64,000 nucleotides of DNA from IMG/VR virus record IMGVR_UViG_3300035670_000059, positions 32,001 to 96,000 of that record. One strand, written 5' to 3'. The position numbers and the translations under genes are program-made. The DNA comes from a virus. The notes beneath the pieces were generated by a model. It was not told the origin of the DNA. It saw nothing but the letters and a program-made list of their open reading frames with translations, and ran no database searches. This document shows positions 1 to 9,203 of this stretch, piece by piece. The stretch's first letter is position 1. Each line of letters opens with the position of its first letter.

Positions 1-61
1 ATAAAATAAGACATGTCTCTGAACGAAAACTAATTTTAATATTTATAAATAAAATATAACC

Positions 62-676
62 ATGAGCGATTTTAACTATATTGAGTATCTAAAAAATAAC
101 CCATTACTTAAGGGTGAAAAAACTCAATCCACAAAATTAATTACTGAAGCACAAGAAGACACAATCGATAGCTTACAAAAAGCAGCTGATGACACTTCTA
201 AAATGCCAGCAGATAGAGATGAAGCAAGGAATAAAATGTATGCTATGAAAAAAGCTAAGATGAAAGTATCTGAGCTTAAAGCTAAAATCCGTGAAGAAAT
301 TCTCTCTACTTTAAGCGAAGAAGAGGATTACGAGAAAATGGGACGCGAAGTAGAATATGGTATTTTCCCTGGATCTGAAGAAGATGAATTATCACCTGAA
401 GAAATGATGGGTGATATGGAAGATATGGAAGATATGCCAATTGATGAAGCTAAAGGAGACGAAGAAGAAGCACCAGCAGAAGAAGAAATGGATGCTGAAG
501 TAAACGTTGACGTTGAAGCAGCTCCTGCTCAAGGCTTATCAGCTGAAGAACAAGAAATCCAAAATAGCTTAAAAATCGCTTACGACAATGCTGCTGCTAT
601 TGGCGATCAAAAACTAGCTGATCAAATTGGTAACTCTATTACTTTCTTTACTAGAACACACATAGTAGAAAGATAA
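62..676 (+). CDS. Acidic hypothetical protein, putative prohead/internal head protein
   Basis: 204 aa, E/D-rich; MKVSELKAKIREEI motif; ITE/LSE/IDE sites; ATATTTATAA motif at 39-48 upstream. Confidence 0.6.
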   Translation: MSDFNYIEYLKNNPLLKGEKTQSTKLITEAQEDTIDSLQKAADDTSKMPADRDEARNKMYAMKKAKMKVSELKAKIREEILSTLSEEEDYEKMGREVEYGIFPGSEEDELSPEEMMGDMEDMEDMPIDEAKGDEEEAPAEEEMDAEVNVDVEAAPAQGLSAEEQEIQNSLKIAYDNAAAIGDQKLADQIGNSITFFTRTHIVER

Positions 677-677
677 T

Positions 678-1907
678 ATGCTTAACGAGCGTAAACTTAC
701 CAAAAATGAACTAGGCCAAAGAGATATTGCTCTTAAGGGTCTAGTTAAAAACAAACGCTCATTGGTTAAAAAATATGGTAAGGACGCAGAAAAAGTTATG
801 TACGGAATAGCAACAAAACAAGCAAAACAGAAACAAGAAGCCATGAATCTAGAAAATCTCAAAAGCATGATAGAAGCTGCTCTTAAGAACCCAGATAAAG
901 CCGATCTTAACAAAGACGGTAAATTATCTGATTATGAAGAGAAAAGAGGAGCAGCCATAGAAAAAGCTATGGTTAAAGAAGAAGAACAACCCGATGCAAT
1001 CGATACTGTAACATTAGATGTTCCTTTATTTATCCGTATGCTAGAATATGCTAAAGAGGAAGCAGCCGATGACATGGACTTACATGAATTAGCTACCAAA
1101 ACTATTGCTTTAAGTAAACAAAGAGGTATCTTATCTATGGAAGATTACGATACTTTAATCCCACCTGCAGATCAAATAGATGAAAATGTAGATGATATGG
1201 CTAAGGTATATTGGATGCAACAACTTAAACAAGGTAAAATAGACAAACTTCCAGATGATCCTAAAGAAGCATTTCTACAACAGATGATGAAAGATCAAAT
1301 GGATCATGATAAAGAAACTTTACGTAGAGAACGTGGTTTGGAAGAAGATTTAGATGTAGGACATCAAGATGATGAGCCAAACATGTTAAAATCTGATTTA
1401 TACCGTATAGTAAAGTATGGTATGGAACTATACCAAATGATGGATAAGTATGATGATATGCCTGGTGAAGTTGATTTTCCACATTGGTGGCAGTCTAAAG
1501 TAACTAAAGCTAAAGATATGATTGCTTCTGCTCACCACTATTTACAAGGTGAAGAGCAAGTAGCTCAAATCGATGCTATGATGATGGAAGAAAAATCTGA
1601 TGAGCTAAAAAAAGGTGATAAAGTATCACACAACAATATAGAAAAAGTAATTAAAAAAATAGTAGGTTCACACGCACTAGTACAAAAAGCTGAAAAAGAA
1701 AAAGGTGAATTTACAGACCCCACAGTTGAAAAAGTAGCAACCCACAAGTTAAAGAAACTTGAAGAATTAATTAGAGAAAAACTTACCGCAAAAACACCAA
1801 TGAAAAAATACATTGAAGATTTTGCTAAAAGTGATGCCCCACAATTCAAAGGCAAATCTAAAGAAAAAAAACGTGAAATGGCAATAGCTGCTAAATTATC
1901 CAAATAA
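678..1907 (+). CDS. Modular putative internal head protein with an EF-hand-like loop and an SH3/KOW-like module
   Basis: 409 aa; DLNKDGKLSDYE EF-hand-like loop; LKKGDKV SH3/KOW-like segment; modules separated by VKE/IDE/LEE/IRE. Confidence 0.5.
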   Translation: MLNERKLTKNELGQRDIALKGLVKNKRSLVKKYGKDAEKVMYGIATKQAKQKQEAMNLENLKSMIEAALKNPDKADLNKDGKLSDYEEKRGAAIEKAMVKEEEQPDAIDTVTLDVPLFIRMLEYAKEEAADDMDLHELATKTIALSKQRGILSMEDYDTLIPPADQIDENVDDMAKVYWMQQLKQGKIDKLPDDPKEAFLQQMMKDQMDHDKETLRRERGLEEDLDVGHQDDEPNMLKSDLYRIVKYGMELYQMMDKYDDMPGEVDFPHWWQSKVTKAKDMIASAHHYLQGEEQVAQIDAMMMEEKSDELKKGDKVSHNNIEKVIKKIVGSHALVQKAEKEKGEFTDPTVEKVATHKLKKLEELIREKLTAKTPMKKYIEDFAKSDAPQFKGKSKEKKREMAIAAKLSK

Positions 1908-2362
1908 TGACAGCATCAGAATTACGAGATAGAATAAAATTGCTTGTAAAACAAGTATACAAGGAAAAAACTAAATCTGATGATGCTGCCTTAGCATACG
2001 ATGAATTGGTTAAATTTCCTGAACTTAAAGCTGTTATCGTATCTTTGCTTACCCCTGATTTTGATAAATTCCTAGAATCTGTAGATTGGGTAGCACCTCG
2101 TCCTTCAACATTTAGAGTAAATCTTTTAAACGGTGAAAATTTTGTACTATTCTATGATCCAAGAAGTTGGATAGCTCAAGTGGAAGGTAAAAAATACTAC
2201 CTGTTAAATCTCGATGAAGAAGAAATGGCTGCCAAATCTGTATCCCGTATCTTAACTTACGGAGGTAAAACCGCAACAGGAGCAGGAGCAGATGTAGATG
2301 GAGCAGAAGAAATACCACCTGCAGAAGAAACAACACCTGAAGAAACCCCAGCTGGAGTATAA
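1907..2362 (+). CDS. Hypothetical protein
   Basis: 151 aa, coupled by TAATG overlaps at both ends; N-terminal MTASELRDRIK motif; acidic Pro-rich tail. Confidence 0.65.
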   Translation: MTASELRDRIKLLVKQVYKEKTKSDDAALAYDELVKFPELKAVIVSLLTPDFDKFLESVDWVAPRPSTFRVNLLNGENFVLFYDPRSWIAQVEGKKYYLLNLDEEEMAAKSVSRILTYGGKTATGAGADVDGAEEIPPAEETTPEETPAGV

Positions 2363-3516
2363 TGGATATATTTGATAAATTTTTTAAGAAATTTGCATAC
2401 AAATTCGATAAAGGATATCCTGACATGAACAATAGTCAGGATGTTTTGTTATTGGAATTGTTGTTTGAAAATTTAGGTGTTGAAATTTCATTAAACGAGG
2501 AAGTACCTAACAAACCCCAAACTATAAAGGCAGTACAAAAAATTGTGGATACTGTAGGAGACAAGTACAATTTGTTTGCTATGAAAAGTAAACCAAACCG
2601 AATTGGTTCTATTGGTAAACAACCTGAAAGTGTGTTTGTGCAGGCATTTAAAGATACATTTGGTGAAGATATAGACATAAAAGTATTCCCTCCAAGACAA
2701 GGAAAAAACCCAAGTGGTACTTTTAATATGTACCAATTTAAAGCCGGTGATTTAGGTGAAGTAAATATACTTGTAAGCCGAAGTGAACCGGGTGGAGCTG
2801 GTAAATCTAATGAAGCAATATTCATTGATACACTAAATAAACTTATTAAACAAGCAGAAGGATCCGCTACAATTGTAATTAAATCCCCTGAATATACTGA
2901 AACGTTTAACAATATTGATAAAGTTGAAGATTCATCTAAAATGGGAGCAAGTAAAGGTGCTAAATCTGATGCTCAATTTTTATCTAATGGTGAAGTTAAA
3001 GCTAATATTTCACTAAAACAAGATGGAGGATTTAGATGGGCTTCGGTTGCTAAAGATGAAAAAGAATTTATTGACCGATTCCAAGCTAAAGCACTAGATG
3101 GGCAAATACCAGGTCTAAGATTAATTGATAACCCTGATGTTCCCGGTAAATACTTAATGGCAAAATCAGAAACAGGTGAGAGAATATCTAAGATAGTAAT
3201 ACCAGATTTTATTGATGCTGATGAAGATAAATCTAATAAATTAATATTTGGAGAAGAAAATCCAAAAGTAATTGTAGTAAGTAGAACATGGAAAGAAAGT
3301 GATTTTTCCTTAAGCGGAGATACCATTACAGTTCAAGCTACTCATATCTATAAAACATTAGACGATGTTATAAAAGCAGGTCTAGCTCCAGTATTTACAA
3401 TTGCTCAACATCAAAATAAACCAATTGGTTTAGATTATAGAATATATCCCGCTAATATGGCTAAAATTGGTCCTAGAGCTAGTGGATTAGAATTATCAGT
3501 TAAAGACGTAATATAA
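2362..3516 (+). CDS. Putative PD-(D/E)xK nuclease-fold protein behind an N-terminal leader
   Basis: GKSNE...KSDAQF...NISLKQ spacing matches the restriction-endonuclease-like E...D...xK pattern; ~46-aa leader ends in LNEE. Confidence 0.5.
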   Translation: MDIFDKFFKKFAYKFDKGYPDMNNSQDVLLLELLFENLGVEISLNEEVPNKPQTIKAVQKIVDTVGDKYNLFAMKSKPNRIGSIGKQPESVFVQAFKDTFGEDIDIKVFPPRQGKNPSGTFNMYQFKAGDLGEVNILVSRSEPGGAGKSNEAIFIDTLNKLIKQAEGSATIVIKSPEYTETFNNIDKVEDSSKMGASKGAKSDAQFLSNGEVKANISLKQDGGFRWASVAKDEKEFIDRFQAKALDGQIPGLRLIDNPDVPGKYLMAKSETGERISKIVIPDFIDADEDKSNKLIFGEENPKVIVVSRTWKESDFSLSGDTITVQATHIYKTLDDVIKAGLAPVFTIAQHQNKPIGLDYRIYPANMAKIGPRASGLELSVKDVI

Positions 3517-3520
3517 AAAT

Positions 3521-4297
3521 ATGTGTAGCTGCGGATGTAATACTTGCGAAACTAAAATAACAGGGCCTTTACTTACAGAAGGTAAAGTAAAATCTTTACT
3601 ATCCGAAGGCCTACAATACCATATAGATAAACAAATACCTTTATTTGAAACAGTATATCGTATAGGTTCAGAAAAACATTTATCGTTAATCAAAGAAGCC
3701 CGCAAGATGTATTCTCGCGGCATTATTGATTTGTGTGAAGATGATGAACATTTAATCAAAACTCATTTAGGAGAATTTGGTTTATTCTATGAAATCGAAA
3801 TAGGAGATAAAGTAAAAGCAAGTAAAGAATATGGTGGTCTATCAGGTGAGGTAGTGAACATTAAAGGTTCATTTGTGGTAGTTAAAACTAAAGAAGGCAA
3901 CCAATCCTACCACGAATCTGACTTAATTGCTTTGAATAAAGAGGGAGAAAGCGTACCTTTAGATCTACCGATGCTAGAAGAAGATGAAGTAACTGAAGCT
4001 GAGTTTAGGGGTAAAGATGTTCCACTAAACAAACCAAAGCGTGGTGGAAGTAAAAAATTCTATGTTTACGTAAAAAATCCTAAAACTAAACGCGTAAAAA
4101 AAGTATCTTTTGGTGCTGCGGGTGGTGGGCAAAGTTTAAAAGTTAAAATACGAGACTCTAAAGCACGTAAAGCATTTGCTGCTCGTCATAGATGTTCAAG
4201 TAAAAAAGATAGAACAAGTTCTGGATATTGGAGCTGTAATCTACCAAGATATGCTCAAGCTTTAGGATTAGGTGCAAACATGAATACTTTCTGGTAA
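3521..4297 (+). CDS. Modular protein: Cys-rich N-terminus, SH3/KOW-like insert, very basic C-terminal domain
   Basis: MCSCGCNTC; IEIGDKVK...GEVV; basic KKFYVYVKNPKTKRVKKVSFG...FAARHRC...GYWSC after VTE. Confidence 0.55.
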   Translation: MCSCGCNTCETKITGPLLTEGKVKSLLSEGLQYHIDKQIPLFETVYRIGSEKHLSLIKEARKMYSRGIIDLCEDDEHLIKTHLGEFGLFYEIEIGDKVKASKEYGGLSGEVVNIKGSFVVVKTKEGNQSYHESDLIALNKEGESVPLDLPMLEEDEVTEAEFRGKDVPLNKPKRGGSKKFYVYVKNPKTKRVKKVSFGAAGGGQSLKVKIRDSKARKAFAARHRCSSKKDRTSSGYWSCNLPRYAQALGLGANMNTFW

Positions 4298-4298
4298 G

Positions 4299-5015
4299 AT
4301 GTCATACAATAGAACATATCAAATAAGCGGAGAAGCAGGTTTAGACACTACAATCACTCCTCAAGCAGATCTCATCTCAGATATTCGCTCAATTGAGGGA
4401 ATAACGATTGTAACATTCACCCCTAAAAACGAGGCAGATAGTGCAGCGAGCAATCCAAACCACGTTGGTATATTAAGTATAAAATTTGATACTTTTCCAT
4501 TCACCGAATTTGATAAAGATACTCAAATAAAAATTTTAGTTGATACAATTCGTAAAATGCCAGGTGTAAATTTCTTTAGAGCAAGCCAAGTAAATATACT
4601 AGAAACTCGATTAAAGTCGTTAGTTAAAGAAATGCTTTTGGAAAAAAAAACCAAAAGAGATAGATGCTTGCGTATAGCAGACCGCAAATTTGATAAACCT
4701 TCTGCTTACAAATCTGGAGCCGTAGTACGATGCCGTCAAGGTAAAATATGGAAAGGCGTTAAAGAAGAAATTGAATTTTTAAGCGAAGCAGAAAAAGAAA
4801 CACTACGTACATGGTTCAAACGCCAAGGTGCTCCAGGTAAAACAGGTGGTTGGGTAGATTGCAATTCTCCTATTCGCAAAGATGGAGAAATAGTAGGGTA
4901 CAAACCTTGTGGACGCCAAAAAGGTGAAGAACGAGCAAAGTATCCATCTTGTAGACCAACAGCTTCTAGATGTAAAGATAAAGGTAAAGGTAAAACATGG
5001 GGAAAAACAAAATAA
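4299..5015 (+). CDS. Modular protein with two basic Cys-containing modules
   Basis: LKSLVKEMLLE linker, then basic module RDRC...SAYKSGAVVRCR; LSE linker, then LRTWFK...GGWVDC...KPCGR...YPSCRP. Confidence 0.55.
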   Translation: MSYNRTYQISGEAGLDTTITPQADLISDIRSIEGITIVTFTPKNEADSAASNPNHVGILSIKFDTFPFTEFDKDTQIKILVDTIRKMPGVNFFRASQVNILETRLKSLVKEMLLEKKTKRDRCLRIADRKFDKPSAYKSGAVVRCRQGKIWKGVKEEIEFLSEAEKETLRTWFKRQGAPGKTGGWVDCNSPIRKDGEIVGYKPCGRQKGEERAKYPSCRPTASRCKDKGKGKTWGKTK

Positions 5016-5428
5016 TGAAACTACTTGACATATTAAACGAGGTAGAGCTAAACGAATGTCCTGCTCCAACCCAAAACATAGCACTTAACCTTGAGAATAG
5101 ACAGAAAGCTATTAACGAATATGGATACGGACCTCTAAATCCAAACGAACCAAACGAAAAGTTTTGGCAAGCCAAAGTGGATATGTGGAAGTTGGATTCG
5201 GCCGAAGAAGCTAAAAAATCACTATGCGGCAACTGTGCTGCTTTCGACATTACAACTAAAACACTAGATTGCATTGCTAAAGGAATAGGTAGTGATGGTG
5301 GAACAGAAGATCCATTTGATGTAATCGATGCCGGAAAATTAGGGTATTGTCGATTTTTGAAATTCAAATGCGCTGCGGCCCGAACATGCGATGCTTGGGT
5401 TGTTGGTGGTCCTTTAACAGATGACTAA
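5015..5428 (+). CDS. Cys-rich hypothetical protein with MKLLDILNE leader
   Basis: ATG 5015 overlaps upstream TAA (preferred over track start 4997); CPAPTQ, CGNCAAF, GYC...KC...TCDAW suggest metal binding. Confidence 0.6.
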   Translation: MKLLDILNEVELNECPAPTQNIALNLENRQKAINEYGYGPLNPNEPNEKFWQAKVDMWKLDSAEEAKKSLCGNCAAFDITTKTLDCIAKGIGSDGGTEDPFDVIDAGKLGYCRFLKFKCAAARTCDAWVVGGPLTDD

Positions 5429-5699
5429 CCCATATACAAACACACCAATTACCCAAACTTCAGTTATACGAGAATTTAGTTCTGAAGTAGATCCAATGGA
5501 GCTAGTTTGGCACCAAGATGAAGAAGATCGTACTATTGAAATATTAGAGGGAGAAGGTTGGCAATTACAAAGAGATAATGAGTTGCCCTTGGTGCTTCAA
5601 AAAGGAGATATTATATTTATACCGGAATATCAAATACACAGAGTAATTAAAGGCAATACAAATTTAAAAATACAAATAACAAAACAATGGCGCAATTGA
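5421..5699 (+). CDS. Small cupin-fold protein
   Basis: WHQDEEDR...LEGEGW...GDIIFIP...HRVIKG matches the two cupin motifs. Confidence 0.6.
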   Translation: MTNPYTNTPITQTSVIREFSSEVDPMELVWHQDEEDRTIEILEGEGWQLQRDNELPLVLQKGDIIFIPEYQIHRVIKGNTNLKIQITKQWRN

Positions 5700-5914
5700 A
5701 TAAACAGCTTAACAGAATGCAAGAACTTGCAGGAATTAATGTTAGTAACCCCGTAACTAAATTAATTGAAATTTTACAACAAGCTATAAAATTAGCGGAT
5801 GAAAATATTGATAAAGCTGATAATTTTGACTTAGTAGATTTTTCTCAAACTCTTGAAAAATATGTTAGTGAATTGAACGAAATAGGAAGTTTTGAAACTT
5901 CCATGCAAGAATAG
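5687..5914 (+). CDS. Small protein with RMQELAGI motif
   Basis: 75 aa; LNRMQELAGI near N-terminus. Confidence 0.55.
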   Translation: MAQLNKQLNRMQELAGINVSNPVTKLIEILQQAIKLADENIDKADNFDLVDFSQTLEKYVSELNEIGSFETSMQE

Positions 5915-5925
5915 TAATACCTAAT

Positions 5926-5970
5926 AACATACAGACCGATTCATAGCCGGTCGCTCGAAAGAGACAAAAA
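5926..5970 (+). repeat. 45-nt perfect direct repeat copy 1 (two-hairpin element)
   Basis: AACATACAGACCGATTCATAGCCGGTCGCTCGAAAGAGACAAAAA, identical to 6565-6609. Confidence 0.95.
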
Positions 5971-5980
5971 TAACAAAACA

Positions 5981-6556
5981 ATGGCAAAACAAACTTTAAG
6001 CGAAGAATTTCGCAGAATGCAAAAACTAGCAGGTATCATTACCGAAGAGCAATATTTAAATGAAAATATTGAACAATTTGAAGATTATATATCTGGTATG
6101 TGGGATGCTAGTGTAAGCGATGAAATGGAAGAAGGAGAATATTTTGAAGGTGTATGGGAGAAAGAAGAATATGGAGATGAAGAAGCATACCCTAATGCTG
6201 ATGAATTTAATGCTCTATCAAAATATCTAGCTTCTGTAGGTGGTAAAGATACTTTAGAAGGTAATCCTGACATTAACGTAGAATTACTCCCTAATGGAGA
6301 TATTAAGTTTGGAGCTACTGTAACTTTTGATGAATCATCAGATGAAGGATATAAATTTGACCCCGCATCTTTCTTTTCAGCTATGGGTAGTAATGACCCA
6401 ACGGCTAAAGCTTTTATTCAAAATGTAAGAAATGCAGCTAAAGCTGATGTAGTAGATAGATATTTTATTGTAGATAAGCTAAAAAAGTACGCTCAAACCA
6501 ACCCAGAAGCTAAAGATAAACTTGAAGCTGCTATTGAATTTATATATAAAGGATAA
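5981..6556 (+). CDS. Acidic protein with RMQKLAGI motif, flanked by direct repeats
   Basis: 191 aa; LSEEFRRMQKLAGIITE leader. Confidence 0.7.
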   Translation: MAKQTLSEEFRRMQKLAGIITEEQYLNENIEQFEDYISGMWDASVSDEMEEGEYFEGVWEKEEYGDEEAYPNADEFNALSKYLASVGGKDTLEGNPDINVELLPNGDIKFGATVTFDESSDEGYKFDPASFFSAMGSNDPTAKAFIQNVRNAAKADVVDRYFIVDKLKKYAQTNPEAKDKLEAAIEFIYKG

Positions 6557-6564
6557 CTAAAATA

Positions 6565-6609
6565 AACATACAGACCGATTCATAGCCGGTCGCTCGAAAG
6601 AGACAAAAA
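6565..6609 (+). repeat. 45-nt perfect direct repeat copy 2
   Basis: Identical to 5926-5970; GACCG/CGGTC stem plus CTC-GAAA-GAG hairpin. Confidence 0.95.
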
Positions 6610-6634
6610 CTATGCAGCTGTGGCGCAATTCAAC

Positions 6635-6666
6635 TTGGATTGCGTCACTTCTTTTCGTATATTTAC
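6635..6666 (+). promoter_or_regulatory. Bacteroidota-type -33/-7 promoter overlapping a hairpin
   Basis: TTGG-N19-TATATTTA; overlaps GTGGCGCAAT...ATTGCGTCAC hairpin. Confidence 0.6.
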
Positions 6667-6685
6667 AAATAATTTATAATGCAAC

Positions 6686-6760
6686 ATGAAACAAGATAAA
6701 ATCGTAATTGTAGGAGCTGGAGTAGCAGGAATTAATGCCGCAACTAAATATTTATTATAA
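6686..6760 (+). pseudogene. Orphan 5' stub of the FAD oxidoreductase gene
   Basis: Encodes MKQDKIVIVGAGVAGINAATKYLL*; 31 nt (6719-6749) identical to 7232-7262. Confidence 0.8.
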
Positions 6761-6769
6761 ACTACCGCC

Positions 6770-7165
6770 ATGATAAAATTAACAAATTTACTAAAAGAGA
6801 CTCAATTAGAACAGTATAGGAAAGGTACGGGATATAAATTAACTAAAGCTCCCGATCCTGATGAAATACTAAAAGATATAAAGGATATTAATGGATACCT
6901 AGATCTATCTAGAAGTAACATAACTACTCTCCCAGATCAATTAGAAGTTGATGGTTATTTGAGTTTGTCTAATACTAAAATTCAATCTCTTCCAAAAGGA
7001 TTAGTAGTAAGAGGAGATTTAGATTTGCTCAATTGTAAAAATATTAAATCATTCCCATCTGATTTAATTGTTAACGGAAATCTTGTTTTAAACTCCAAAA
7101 ATTTTAATAAAGAAGAATTAAAAAAACAACTTCCTAATGTTAATAATGTTATAATAATGTCTTAA
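6770..7165 (+). CDS. Leucine-rich-repeat-like protein with MIKLTNLLKE leader
   Basis: Repeats GYLDLSRSNITTLPDQLEVD / GYLSLSNTKIQSLPKGLVVR / GDLDLLNCKNIKSFPSDLIVN. Confidence 0.7.
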   Translation: MIKLTNLLKETQLEQYRKGTGYKLTKAPDPDEILKDIKDINGYLDLSRSNITTLPDQLEVDGYLSLSNTKIQSLPKGLVVRGDLDLLNCKNIKSFPSDLIVNGNLVLNSKNFNKEELKKQLPNVNNVIIMS

Positions 7166-7198
7166 CAGCATTTGGGTATAAATGGAAATATAAATAAT

Positions 7199-8497
7199 AT
7201 GAAAGAACAGAAAATTTTAGTAATTGGAGCAGGAGTAGCAGGAATTAATGCCGCAACTAAATTAGTAGACAACGGATATCCTGGAGAATTAATTAATATA
7301 ATCGATAAAGGTAGTGACCCATATAATCGCCAACCTGAAGAAGTAATGTGTGGTTTTGCAGGTGCGGGCGCGTGGAGTGACGGCAAACTAACCTATCATA
7401 CCGCTATTGGAGGACAATTATCCAAATATTGTGGAGAGGATAAAGCAATGGAATTGATGGATCAAGTAATCGCTAACTTTAGACGTTTCCACCCTAAACC
7501 CGAAGAAATTTTTTGTTCGGATCCACAAGAGGAACCCGAGTTTATTAAACCATATTTTGGCTTAAGAATGTTCCCTGTATGGCACATTGGCTCTAATTTC
7601 CTACATGAAATCGCTAAAGCGTGGTATCAATATTTAGTTGGTAAAGGCGTTAGATTTGAATGGGAAACTCAAGTTGAAGATATTGACTTTAACAATAACA
7701 GAGTTTATACCCACAATGCTGATCTAAAGTATGATACACTTATATTTGCGGTAGGTAAATCTGGTATTGATTTTGCTCAAGAATTAGCCCAACAATATAA
7801 TCTACCAGATGAGCCTAAACCAGTACAAATTGGTGTTCGATTTGAAGCACCACAGAAACACTTTCAAAAGCTAATTGATGTATCTTACGATTTTAAATTG
7901 TATCGTAAGTTTGAGGACACAGGTATTTCGCTTCGCTCATTCTGCACAAATAATAACGCTGCTTACGTAGCAGTAGAGGAAACATACGGAAATGTGAGCT
8001 ACAATGGCCACGCTAAGAAGGGCGAGGAATTCCGCAACGACATGACCAATTTTGGTATCTTGATGGAAATTCCAGGTATTGAAGATCCATTTGAATGGTC
8101 TAGAAATTTAGTATCTAATGTAAACACTAGTGGAACTGGTTTATACTATTCTCCTTCTAGACGTCCATCTTTAACCTCTGAAGGCGAAACAGTATCTGCA
8201 GTTGCCTTTAGTTCTAGAGAATTAGAAAATATTATTAAACCAGCATTTAAAGGATATTTTAAATATATTGAAGATTTTATTGAAGATATGAAGAAAGTGT
8301 TCCCAACACTTGAAAACGACTATGGAATATATGTACCGGAAGTCAAATATCTTAGTCCAGAAGTAAAAGTAGACTATTCAAATTTATCTCTTATAAATTA
8401 CCCTAACGTCCATTTTGCTGGAGATGCTCTATCTGCAAGAGGTATAACTGTAGCGGGAAGTCAAGGTATTTATATAGCTGAAAGTCTTTTAAAATAA
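7199..8497 (+). CDS. FAD-dependent oxidoreductase
   Basis: Rossmann VIGAGVAG; GFAGAGAWSDGKL; C-terminal FAGD...RGITVAG; ATG 7199 preferred over TTG 7172. Confidence 0.85.
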   Translation: MKEQKILVIGAGVAGINAATKLVDNGYPGELINIIDKGSDPYNRQPEEVMCGFAGAGAWSDGKLTYHTAIGGQLSKYCGEDKAMELMDQVIANFRRFHPKPEEIFCSDPQEEPEFIKPYFGLRMFPVWHIGSNFLHEIAKAWYQYLVGKGVRFEWETQVEDIDFNNNRVYTHNADLKYDTLIFAVGKSGIDFAQELAQQYNLPDEPKPVQIGVRFEAPQKHFQKLIDVSYDFKLYRKFEDTGISLRSFCTNNNAAYVAVEETYGNVSYNGHAKKGEEFRNDMTNFGILMEIPGIEDPFEWSRNLVSNVNTSGTGLYYSPSRRPSLTSEGETVSAVAFSSRELENIIKPAFKGYFKYIEDFIEDMKKVFPTLENDYGIYVPEVKYLSPEVKVDYSNLSLINYPNVHFAGDALSARGITVAGSQGIYIAESLLK

Positions 8498-8542
8498 ATC
8501 GACTTTAATGTCTGGGACGCATATTTATAATAAAATAATAAT

Positions 8543-9190
8543 ATGCGTCCTTACATTTATTTGGTTAAAAATCAACAAAATAAAATAGTTTATATTGGTC
8601 AACAAATTGGAACTAAATCCTTAAATGAATACAAAGGTTCTGGTTTACTGTTAAATAGAGCCTACAACAAATATGGTGAAAATTATTTCAAACGAGAAAT
8701 CATTGAATATTGTAATGTGGATGAATTAAATGATAAAGAAAAATTATACATAAAACAATATAATACAAAATTTCCACATGGATATAATTTAACCGAGGGT
8801 GGTGATGGAATGAAGGGATACACATATAACAATAATCAAAAACAAAATATATCTAATGCTAAAAATGGGCAAAAATATCCTAAAGAACATGGCGAAAAAA
8901 TAAGACAAGCTAAATTAGGTAAAAAACGAGATCTCGAAACTATAAATAAAATAATTCAAACTAAAGCATCCAAACATAATATTAAAATAGATTTAACTTT
9001 AAAAAACCAATCTAGAAGCAATTCTCAAAAAACAATACTGCAATATGATCTCCAAAATAATCTATTAAACGAATACCAATCCGCTCAAGAAGCAGGTAGA
9101 TGCTTAGGAAAATCAGGAAATAGTATAGCAGATTGTGCCTCCGGAAGACAATCCACAGCTTATGGTTTTGTTTGGAAATACAGAGAATAG
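8543..9190 (+). CDS. GIY-YIG homing endonuclease with NUMOD-type DNA-binding motifs
   Basis: YIYLVKN...VYIGQ...YKGSG...GYNLTEGGDG; C-terminal ILQYDL...SAQEA...TAYGFVWKY. Confidence 0.85.
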   Translation: MRPYIYLVKNQQNKIVYIGQQIGTKSLNEYKGSGLLLNRAYNKYGENYFKREIIEYCNVDELNDKEKLYIKQYNTKFPHGYNLTEGGDGMKGYTYNNNQKQNISNAKNGQKYPKEHGEKIRQAKLGKKRDLETINKIIQTKASKHNIKIDLTLKNQSRSNSQKTILQYDLQNNLLNEYQSAQEAGRCLGKSGNSIADCASGRQSTAYGFVWKYRE

Positions 9191-9203
9191 ATCGTATATT
9201 TAA
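9172..9203 (+). promoter_or_regulatory. Bacteroidota-type -33/-7 promoter
   Basis: TTGG-N19-TATATTTA upstream of ORF 9225. Confidence 0.6.

Noticed and set aside
5926-6609. Mini-CRISPR, tRNA or known ribozyme for the 45-nt repeat
   Set aside because: Only two copies, separated by a whole gene; no cloverleaf; no hammerhead CUGANGA core; the preQ1 similarity is topological only.
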